From NCBI GenBank assembly GCA_963662715.1, contig OY759724.1, forward strand, positions 300,001 through 332,000: a stretch of 32,000 nucleotides of DNA. The letters are read 5' to 3'. The first letter of the stretch is position 1; every line of letters begins with the position of its first letter. This DNA comes from Candidatus Omnitrophota bacterium. Lineage in GTDB: Bacteria > Omnitrophota > Gorgyraeia > Zapsychrales > JANLHA01. The position numbers were made by a program, and so were the translations under genes. Below, piece after piece: positions 24,898 to 32,000 of this stretch. The notes below the pieces were generated by a model, which was given only the letters and a program-made list of their open reading frames with translations, did no database searches and had not been told where the DNA came from.

Positions 24898-25125
24898 ATG
24901 AAAAATGATCCCAAATATATCAAAAGCATTCTTGCCAAAAACATAAAAAAATATCGCGGGAAATTAAACCTGACTCAGGAACAAGCCGCGGAAAAGGTGG
25001 GCATCACCGCAAAATACTGGCAACGGCTGGAAATGGTTTCCCAAATTGACCTTCCCTCTCTACAAGTCCTCTTTCGCATCGCGGAAGGTCTTAAAACAAA
25101 ACCCTATAAGCTGTTGGTGGAATAG
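24898..25125 (+). CDS. XRE-family helix-turn-helix transcriptional regulator
   Basis: LAKNIKKYRGKLNLTQEQAAEKVGITAKYWQRLE is a canonical Cro/C1 HTH. I prefer the ATG at 24898 (75 aa) to the GTG at 24862 used by the track. Neither has a strong SD. Confidence 0.85.
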   Translation: MKNDPKYIKSILAKNIKKYRGKLNLTQEQAAEKVGITAKYWQRLEMVSQIDLPSLQVLFRIAEGLKTKPYKLLVE

Positions 25126-25311
25126 AAAAAATTTCATCTATAATGAAACTGTTTGTCACGGAATGTTAGCTTGTAGGATTAACTGCCTATAAGAACGCCC
25201 ATTGTGAACACTAATCCTCAATTCATTTTTCTAGTTATAAACTTACTACAAAAAAAGACATCATTCAATTTTTAAGGAAATAAATAAAAGGATTATTGAT
25301 AGCTTCTATTT

Positions 25312-26466
25312 TTATACTTTACGGCGCATTACAACTTTAAACATGTTCCCATCTTTATCATTGACAAAATCAATATCTGGATACTCTTTTAAAGCTCTTT
25401 GCACGCCGGTCCCGATCCCGCGATAGGGTAATATCTTTGTTGCAAATGAAGACAATATTGGATTGCGTACATTGGAATTACCATTTTTGATATTCTCAAC
25501 TGTCAAGTTATTGGGCAAATGACCAGGACTAATAAATTCAAGACGGTTATCAAATATGAATATTCTTATGGATGCAGAAATAAAATAATCTCTATGGATT
25601 AATGCATTGACCAATAACTCCTCAATTGCTATTTCGGGTATTTCAAGCACTCCAAGAGAATTAATATTTTGACCATTTTGAACTTTTTTTAAATTTCTAA
25701 GAATAAACGATTTGCTTTCTTTGAAAACGTCTTCTAATTTTCCTACCACATCAACACTTTCTATATATGTTGTTGAATGAATGTCATTGCCTGGATAACA
25801 TATAGCCTTAACTATGCTTCTAACTGGCAACTTTATTTGTGGATTTTTAGCAAAAAGAAGTGCTCCACCTACATTCATATTTCCATCTTTCATCAAATTC
25901 ATGTTTTCCAGAAGGACTGGAAGAGGGTTTTCTTGATCATCGAGCTTGATCCCATTGATTTTTTCAAAAAACATGGAAAAATATTGCACGTCTAATTCAG
26001 CAACAGTCATATTAGAAATAATTTCCTCATCCCCATGTAGTAAACCAGCTTTTTGAAATAACCGTTGTATTTCTTCTTTGGCAGTAGCTTTGCGTTTGTC
26101 TGCACCACTTTTTACCCAGAAAACGCCATCTTTGTCAGAATACGGCTTGCTTATACCATCTATGACAGTAATAATGATTATAATCTTTCCGTCTAACGAA
26201 ATGTTTTCCGTATGGGGATTAATGGGATTCTTGACATGCTGGGATGCTGCGTTAGATATCAGATTATTCAATCGGTTAATATCCTGCTGTGACAAACCAA
26301 CAATATCACCATTATCGTTTACACCGATAAATATTTGTCCTCCTCCAGAATTACTAAAAGCAATCATTTCTTGTGCTAATGAAATCTCGTTGGTGAAATC
26401 CTGTTTGAATTGATGTTTACTATCTTCCCCCCGAGAAATTATTTCTAAGAATTCTGTAACTTCCAT
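25312..26466 (-). CDS. AlbA_2 (Schlafen-like DNA/RNA-binding) plus HATPase_c_4 domain protein
   Basis: 384 aa. The N-terminus EDSKHQFKQDF...EMIAFSNSGGGQIFIGVNDNGDIVGL is AlbA_2. The C-terminus EELLVNALIHRDYF...IFIFDNRLEFISPGHLPNNLTVENI..GNSNVRNPIL...RGIGTGVQR is RecG-C/HATPase_c_4-like. Its start overlaps the upstream gene by 22 nt. Confidence 0.85.
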   Translation of the reverse strand: MEVTEFLEIISRGEDSKHQFKQDFTNEISLAQEMIAFSNSGGGQIFIGVNDNGDIVGLSQQDINRLNNLISNAASQHVKNPINPHTENISLDGKIIIIITVIDGISKPYSDKDGVFWVKSGADKRKATAKEEIQRLFQKAGLLHGDEEIISNMTVAELDVQYFSMFFEKINGIKLDDQENPLPVLLENMNLMKDGNMNVGGALLFAKNPQIKLPVRSIVKAICYPGNDIHSTTYIESVDVVGKLEDVFKESKSFILRNLKKVQNGQNINSLGVLEIPEIAIEELLVNALIHRDYFISASIRIFIFDNRLEFISPGHLPNNLTVENIKNGNSNVRNPILSSFATKILPYRGIGTGVQRALKEYPDIDFVNDKDGNMFKVVMRRKV

Positions 26467-29087
26467 ATCTGATAAATCTCCTTTCGTCGATTAAAAGCCT
26501 CTTTACCACCTTCCATAATATCGACTATTTTCTTCTGTGTGTATGGGCAGTCAATATTCCCTTTATCGACATCAATTTTATCATCCGTATAATGACACGC
26601 AAAAATACACTCAGAATCGCCAAGTACTGGTATATTCGCATTGTGTGTGGCAAATATAAATTGAGTTCCTTCCTTTAGTTCCTTTATGAGCTTTATAACA
26701 TCTTCATAGATTGTCTGATTATCCAAATCATCCTCTGGTTGATCAATCAATATTAAATCGTTGTCTCGTTGACTTAAAACAAAAAGAATTAATGCCGATG
26801 CCCTTTGTCCGAGAGAATGATGTTTTAATTCCTTCCCCCGATAATTAATCGTAAAACGATTAGGTACTTGCCAAGTAAGCAATTCAATCAAATTATCATT
26901 AAAATAACTCTCGAAAATATTTGAGGCTGCCCCTAACATGTCCTTTACTTTTTCGAATTCCTTAAACATTGCTCCAAAATCTGCGAACGACTCTGACAAA
27001 CTTTTAAAGGTGGTTTCTCTAATTTTGCTACCACGAAAGATGTTTTTCATATAATCGACGCATGCGTTCTTATCTTCTTTAAATTCAACGATAATTTGTA
27101 GAGCAGAATGATTTTTATTAACCTTTTCAAGTTCTGCTTGGACTGCGATATATTCTTCATGCCATAAATTGTTTAAAGCAGTCAACTCCGTGATTAATTC
27201 TGTCTTTAATTTTGCTTGTTGAGTTTGTTGTTTCTCAAGAGCTGTTAACATTTGAGTTGCCTGATCAACAATTTTCTTTAATTTTAGGAATTCGTCAGGA
27301 CGTATTGCTTGTGCACCTTTCTCTTTTAACTCCTCCGAAAGTTTTCTCTCTATCTCAGCAAATTCTTCTTTAAGACCATTTTTCAGTTTGTCAAATTCTT
27401 GCGCACGACTAGTCAAATCATTTATGCCGGAAGTCGCGATTTCAAAAGCCTTTTTAATCTGCTCAAATGATTGAATAATTTTTGTATATGATTCAAAATA
27501 TCTTAAAAAGAAATCTTTGTTGCGCTTTGACTCATAACGGTTTTGACTAACAATTTCATCCTCATAGCGAGCGATAAAATTTGTCAATGATCCCAAGTAA
27601 TCCTTTGTTATTTTTAATACCTGTTGTGTTTTTCTACTATCTGCTTCGAAATCAATTTGTTTTTGAAGTTTATCTTCAACAGAATGTTTCTTGTAAAAAT
27701 CCAGTTTAAAAACGGCGTCTTTTTTCTTTGCATCATATTCTTTCTTTTTTTCTTCAACATTTTCCAATTTTTTTAATTGGGCTATAACATCTGCGACTTT
27801 TTGTTTCTGTGCTTCAATACGGTTTCTAACACCCGCTAAATGATCTCCAACTAATTTCTCAACAAGGTCTTTTTCAAATCCTTCGCCTGAACTTGATAAA
27901 TCCTTTTGTCCAAAATATATAGGCCGAGAAATAATTGTTTCTCGAATAGACACTCCTACCTGAAGAGTGTCATTAACATATACGTCGGGTTGTTCATTTA
28001 AAATGCGACGTATTTCATACTCCTGTCCCCTCCGGTCTACGGCTTTCAATACAACCTTCCCACCACTTCCCAAAACATGTTGAACTAATTTATTTTTATA
28101 TACATCATCTACAACTTTGTCACCAAAAGGTATATCTAATGCATATCTTACCGCTTCCAATATTGATGACTTCCCACTCCCACGGATACCTATCAAAGAG
28201 TTTAATTCGGGAGAGAAATCAATTTCCTTTCCCGCAAGCACACCCCCCTCAAAAGATATACTTTTAACAAAAGAATGCTTATGTTCAACGGGTTTAGAAG
28301 CAACTCTGTTAGCAAAGTCAACTAAGGCATACTTAACAGCGCCAAAATTAAAATCACCAATTTTTATATAGCATTTTTCGCCAGATCCTATTGTATCAAT
28401 AGATTTACAATCTGATCCTTCAACCTCAGCGGGGTACCAATCTCCAAGCCAATTCTGAACCTTGACTCTACATACTCTATCTTTTTCAGCCTCGTGTGTA
28501 CGCACTTTTTGAAAAGCCAGTGTTTTTTCTTTAAATTGTTCATTTCTCCCCAGCTCTTGAATGCGTCCTCCCGAAAGACTTCCCCATAAACCATTGTCTG
28601 CCTCGACATGAGCAAAAATGAGAAAGTAATCCCTTTCAAATTTATCTAATTCACGAATCGTCTCTAATAAATCATGATTTGATCTAGCATTTTCGTTATC
28701 ATAATTAGGTTGTCCAGAAAAAGTAACATTTAAGAAGTCATTAATATAGTTTTTATTCTCAGTGTTGCATATCCAATCATCATTAAAGACAACAAGAGCA
28801 TGAACACCTGCCTTGCCATCTTTTACTGAAAGCTCTATTCCAGGCAATAAAAATATTTCTTCTTTCAAAGCGCTTTTTCTTAAGGCTTTAAACTCATCTA
28901 GATCAAATTTATTATGATTCGTAATTATTCCCAAACGAATGCCATTATTTTTTAATGCAACAACATATTCATTTATGAAATTATTTTTATCTCCCTCGCA
29001 GGTGAATTCTTTATCTTTAATCGTGTGCAAGTGAAAGTCAGCACGAATCCAAGTAGAACCATATTTTAACAAATTAATATCACTCAT
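26445..29087 (-). CDS. PHP-domain phosphoesterase fused to an SMC/Rad50-like ABC ATPase with a coiled-coil insert (Ppl-like)
   Basis: 880 aa. PHP ligand motifs: ADFHLHT (H19/H21), ITNHN, PGIELS, VHALVVF, FAHVE. Walker A: GIRGSGKSS (28167-28190, K306). A Lys/Glu-rich helical region of about 300 aa follows. Signature-like HSLGQRA, Walker B LILIDQPEDDLD and H-loop FATHN are present. SD GAGGAGG precedes the ATG. Confidence 0.9.
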   Translation of the reverse strand: MSDINLLKYGSTWIRADFHLHTIKDKEFTCEGDKNNFINEYVVALKNNGIRLGIITNHNKFDLDEFKALRKSALKEEIFLLPGIELSVKDGKAGVHALVVFNDDWICNTENKNYINDFLNVTFSGQPNYDNENARSNHDLLETIRELDKFERDYFLIFAHVEADNGLWGSLSGGRIQELGRNEQFKEKTLAFQKVRTHEAEKDRVCRVKVQNWLGDWYPAEVEGSDCKSIDTIGSGEKCYIKIGDFNFGAVKYALVDFANRVASKPVEHKHSFVKSISFEGGVLAGKEIDFSPELNSLIGIRGSGKSSILEAVRYALDIPFGDKVVDDVYKNKLVQHVLGSGGKVVLKAVDRRGQEYEIRRILNEQPDVYVNDTLQVGVSIRETIISRPIYFGQKDLSSSGEGFEKDLVEKLVGDHLAGVRNRIEAQKQKVADVIAQLKKLENVEEKKKEYDAKKKDAVFKLDFYKKHSVEDKLQKQIDFEADSRKTQQVLKITKDYLGSLTNFIARYEDEIVSQNRYESKRNKDFFLRYFESYTKIIQSFEQIKKAFEIATSGINDLTSRAQEFDKLKNGLKEEFAEIERKLSEELKEKGAQAIRPDEFLKLKKIVDQATQMLTALEKQQTQQAKLKTELITELTALNNLWHEEYIAVQAELEKVNKNHSALQIIVEFKEDKNACVDYMKNIFRGSKIRETTFKSLSESFADFGAMFKEFEKVKDMLGAASNIFESYFNDNLIELLTWQVPNRFTINYRGKELKHHSLGQRASALILFVLSQRDNDLILIDQPEDDLDNQTIYEDVIKLIKELKEGTQFIFATHNANIPVLGDSECIFACHYTDDKIDVDKGNIDCPYTQKKIVDIMEGGKEAFNRRKEIYQIWKLQNS

Positions 29088-29118
29088 ATATTCCTCCTCG
29101 ATAATAGAAAATTTTCAT

Positions 29119-29724
29119 TCAAAGTATTGCATCAAGCCATGTTTGGATTAACGGTTTGATACGACAAATTTGCGCATATTTTAACAGCTTTTCTATATTG
29201 CGGTTTTTCTGTTTTAAATATTCAGACAAACCTTCTTTTGCGATGTCCACTCCTAATTTATTTCTATATCTAAAACAGTCGCAAATGGTTTTTTCCATAC
29301 AATATATACGTACAGGATTATCTTTTATTTTTATCTCAACGATTCCAGACTGAAACTGTTTCTGAGAAAAATAATAAAATTCTACAGGGGGATATGCTAA
29401 TTTAGGGCGCCATGATTTTCGATAGATGGCAACAGAAATCATAGACGGATTAAAAGTAGTCAACTCATAATATGAAAGTGCTGATAACAAACACACTACA
29501 CTTTCAGGAACGGCTTTTGAAACATCAATAAAACTTTGATTTGAAGTAGATGGTATCTGCGCCAGTTTATAAAGTCCATTCTTTACTTTTACGATATTTC
29601 CACCTTCAACCATCTCTTTTATTTTACGGGAATGAAATCCGTTAGCCAAAATATCTTTCGACCTTGCATATCCATTATGGCTTTTAAAGATATCTATAAT
29701 ATTATTTTGTTTTTTATTATTCAT
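29119..29724 (-). CDS. AbiEi-family (type IV TA antitoxin-like) transcriptional regulator
   Basis: 201 aa. The N-terminal wHTH IIDIFKSHNGYARSKDILANGFHSRKIKEMVEGGNIVKVKNGLYKLA and the C-terminal VCLLSALSYYELTTFNPS...VRIYCMEKTICDCFRYRNKLGVDIAKEGL match the AbiEi pattern. Lies 31 nt upstream of the PHP-ATPase gene. Confidence 0.8.
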   Translation of the reverse strand: MNNKKQNNIIDIFKSHNGYARSKDILANGFHSRKIKEMVEGGNIVKVKNGLYKLAQIPSTSNQSFIDVSKAVPESVVCLLSALSYYELTTFNPSMISVAIYRKSWRPKLAYPPVEFYYFSQKQFQSGIVEIKIKDNPVRIYCMEKTICDCFRYRNKLGVDIAKEGLSEYLKQKNRNIEKLLKYAQICRIKPLIQTWLDAIL

Positions 29725-29757
29725 AAAATTTATATTTCCCTTATGGATAATTTCATC

Positions 29758-29791
29758 GGCACATTATAACAAGTGCCTATGATGATGTCCA
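29758..29791 (-). promoter_or_regulatory. Near-consensus sigma-70 promoter of the AbiEi/PHP-ATPase/AlbA_2 operon, with an overlapping inverted repeat
   Basis: On the minus strand: TGGACA (29791-29786), a 17-nt spacer, then TGtTATAAT (-10 at 29768-29763), ~40 nt upstream of the ATG at 29724. The inverted repeat GGCAC(29758-29762)/GTGCC(29773-29777) brackets the -10. Confidence 0.55.
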
Positions 29792-30145
29792 GACATTTAT
29801 TTCCAAAAAATTAAGAGCATTAAAATAAGAATTTTTCTTAAATCCTCTATATATTTATTTTAAGTCTAATTATACCAATATGTTATCTGTTCTTATCATA
29901 ATTGTTCTGCTCTGTAACCATCTGCCAGCCGAAAATTTTGAGGAAAACGTTCTTCATAATGAAAAAATAATACGTTAATCGGTGGGATAAAGCAAGGCGG
30001 GTTACTTGGAATCAAGACAGGGCAGCTGCCCCCTATTATTTACCCCAATTATTTTTGCAAGTGGCACAGTTTTTTGGGGGGGCTCCGGAAGTCAATGTGT
30101 CTCGGGTTATTCATAACTTAGCGTCCAATTCCTCAATAGTCAGCA

Positions 30146-31105
30146 TTAGCCATAAACATGATTTGATATATCTTCTTCCTTCTTCTGAATGGCGGCAATG
30201 GTGTGTTTCGCCTCAAACGCCTCTTTTGACGCGGGGCCAGCTAAGATTTCAATAGCGCAGGCAATATCATATTGCTCCTTAAGCTTTTCATGTGCCCAAA
30301 AAGTGCTCTTAAAATATAGATCATACTTGCAAAGTGTATCCGCCAAGGGTCGAATCCCCCGTACATCTCCTATGGACGCCAATGCTCGCGCTGTAATTCC
30401 GCACAGGTCTGATGCTTCAGTGGGAACAATCCGGCTCGTAGAACCATCAGCTTGAGGGAATTCCTGCCGTGGATAAATGAATGATGTGAAGTGCTCGATA
30501 AGAACGATAAGGATATCCTCCGCTTGCGGGCTAGCCATCTCTCCAAGGGCGATGACAGCTTCTTTAACCCCTGTCTCAATATTCGATAAACGACAATGTC
30601 CTCTGTATCCATACACCATTTCGTGGACACCGAAAGCTTTTTCTTCGAGAAAGCGTATTATCGTTGGAATACAGCGGAGATCGCGAATATGGCCAAATGC
30701 TTTAAATATGCAAGATTGGGCAAGCGCGCTGCACTGTGTCACCTGGGCCATCATACACTCCACATCATGCGGCGAGCCCTTCCCTGAAAGTGATTTTTGT
30801 ATTGATGCAACAAGTGAATCATAGACTTCATATGACATTTTACCTCTTTTGGAATCAAAACGATCTAGTGTCCTAATCAATGCCAGGACAATCCGCGGGT
30901 CATCCATAGCAGCTAAAGCTGTCGCTGCGTCACAAATAACCTGCCAATTAGGACAAGACAAAGCTCTTAACAAACAGCCCGTTCGTTTTTTTAAAGCCCA
31001 CATATGGACGTCGGCACAGTCCGTTGTGGACAATTGCACCCTCCGAATTGTTTTTATGCAAAACCAGACAAAAAACGCACAAATTAAAATTTCGAAAATG
31101 ATCAT
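30146..31105 (-). CDS. Membrane-anchored HEAT-repeat protein
   Basis: 319 aa with an N-terminal TM helix. Repeated HEAT/PBS-lyase-like units: AATALAAMDDPRIVLALIRTL, AVIALGEMASPQAEDILIVLIE, ARALASIGDVRGIRPLADTL. Confidence 0.7.
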   Translation of the reverse strand: MIIFEILICAFFVWFCIKTIRRVQLSTTDCADVHMWALKKRTGCLLRALSCPNWQVICDAATALAAMDDPRIVLALIRTLDRFDSKRGKMSYEVYDSLVASIQKSLSGKGSPHDVECMMAQVTQCSALAQSCIFKAFGHIRDLRCIPTIIRFLEEKAFGVHEMVYGYRGHCRLSNIETGVKEAVIALGEMASPQAEDILIVLIEHFTSFIYPRQEFPQADGSTSRIVPTEASDLCGITARALASIGDVRGIRPLADTLCKYDLYFKSTFWAHEKLKEQYDIACAIEILAGPASKEAFEAKHTIAAIQKKEEDISNHVYG

Positions 31106-31345
31106 AAGAGAATCCCGGTTGTTATAGGGGTTAGCGTGAGCCGCCCTTTATTATTATCTCCTGATTTCCCAAGGCCTTAGCAATATTTTCCATTACCGTC
31201 CTTTTTCGGTACCATCGGTCAGCTGCCGTGGGTGCGGATAAGAACTGCTTTTTATATTGTTTATTTTCAGCAATTTATAAAAATGTCCTTTTGGTGTTCA
31301 TCTGCCAGATAGATGAACGCTTATGACTTCGATTCTTATTTTGGC

Positions 31346-31933
31346 CTAAAAAGTGGTCCAGTTTTCTCCGAGCATTACAGAAATAATGACACCGGGCAAA
31401 CCATCATCAATCTCTGGATTGACTGGAGTTTCACTCTTTCCTAACTTTACAATCTTTCCATCTGGATAAACAACTTTCCCTTTACCTCTCAGATAGACAT
31501 AGCCTACGCCCTCTAAAAGAACAAAGGTCAGCCTATCTCCCTTTCCTCCTTCACCAATGACAGTAGGCAGGCCTTCTCCACCCAATCCTCCACCCAATCG
31601 AACTTCACCCGCAAAGCGATGAATACTTTTATTTCCCAATAATAATGGCTTCGCGTCCAAAGACTCGAAACCATCCCTTGGCATTTCTAAACTGAAGATT
31701 AAAGCCTTCCCTCCCAACTTAGATGATATTGTCCCCGCACACGGAGGCCCCTCTTGGGCGTATATCCCTTTAATCACCAGCCGGTCTCCCGCTCCCTGTT
31801 CCAGAATAGAAGATGCAACATAATTTTCTTCCGCTACAATTTGTTCATTGGAAAGGGTTTGTTCTGCGATTGCAAATGGATGCAATGAGACAACTGCAAT
31901 AAAAACAGCCAGTATAAAAAAAGTTTTTTTCAT
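31346..31933 (-). CDS. Secreted Gly-rich hypothetical protein
   Basis: 195 aa with signal peptide MKKTFFILAVFIAVVSLHPFAIA. No recognisable family. Confidence 0.6.
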   Translation of the reverse strand: MKKTFFILAVFIAVVSLHPFAIAEQTLSNEQIVAEENYVASSILEQGAGDRLVIKGIYAQEGPPCAGTISSKLGGKALIFSLEMPRDGFESLDAKPLLLGNKSIHRFAGEVRLGGGLGGEGLPTVIGEGGKGDRLTFVLLEGVGYVYLRGKGKVVYPDGKIVKLGKSETPVNPEIDDGLPGVIISVMLGENWTTF

Positions 31934-32000
31934 TGTGCCTTCTTTTTCTTTTTAATTCGGGTTACGGTATGTGTCTAGGAATTCGTGCAATTACCTTATC

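Noticed and set aside
30020-30031. Perfect 12-bp palindrome GGGCAGCTGCCC downstream of the HEAT-repeat gene.
   Set aside because: It is too short and loop-less to be a terminator, occurs once, and has no associated gene. It could be a protein site or restriction-type palindrome, but nothing supports a function.
31296-31318. Hairpin GTTCATCT-n7-AGATGAAC 28 nt downstream of the secreted-protein gene, as a possible terminator.
   Set aside because: No U tract follows it on the minus strand (ACCAAAAGG), so an intrinsic-terminator call is not justified.
1-32000. ATCCTG-type nic-site motifs expected for VirD2/RP4-type relaxases, as a way to locate oriT.
   Set aside because: Every ATCCTG I found (for example near 540, 3428, 10070, 14088, 14120, 15335, 22035, 26288) lies inside coding sequence, without adjacent inverted repeats. 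None lies in the intergenic candidates, so no oriT is called.
1-32000. CRISPR arrays, rRNA/tRNA genes, IS elements, integrases and recombinases.
   Set aside because: No regularly spaced direct repeats, no rRNA- or tRNA-like structures, and no ORF with transposase (DDE), tyrosine or serine recombinase motifs were seen on either strand.

Overview
This 32-kb window is coded almost entirely on the minus strand; only one convincing gene, an XRE regulator, is on the plus strand. It looks like part of a conjugative element (plasmid or ICE) from a diderm bacterium, since a PEP-CTERM sorting signal and several lipoboxes are present.

- **Transfer module (10-11405):** a VirD2-type relaxase and a complete P-type (Trb/VirB-like) type IV secretion operon in the order trbC-D-E-J-L-F-G-I plus a VirB11-like ATPase. 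The operon is headed by a SpoVG-family gene and an unlisted 54-aa ORF.
- **Regulatory and establishment-like region (11.4-15.4 kb):** two minus-strand terminators, a divergent sigma-70-like protein with tandem 35-bp direct repeats upstream, a repeat-rich non-coding stretch, an ArdA anti-restriction gene with a highly structured leader, and an unusual receiver-like/HPr(Crh-like) fusion protein.
- **Toxin operon (15.5-23.5 kb):** two lipoproteins, a 2155-aa Sec-signal-bearing teneurin-like RHS/YD-repeat polymorphic toxin with a glycine-zipper C-terminal domain, and a very AT-rich two-TM putative immunity gene. A PEP-CTERM protein and an XRE regulator follow.
- **Main candidate for an undescribed system (25.3-29.8 kb):** an AT-rich, tightly packed three-gene operon driven by a near-consensus sigma-70 promoter. 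It encodes an orphan AbiEi-family regulator with no AbiEii toxin, an 880-aa PHP-phosphoesterase/Rad50-like ABC ATPase fusion, and an AlbA_2(Schlafen-like)/HATPase_c_4 protein. I interpret it as a candidate anti-phage or anti-MGE defence system.
- **Right end:** a membrane-anchored HEAT-repeat protein and a secreted Gly-rich protein.

I found no rRNA, tRNA, CRISPR array, transposase or integrase. All functional calls rest on motif recognition by eye and need HMM or structure searches to confirm.
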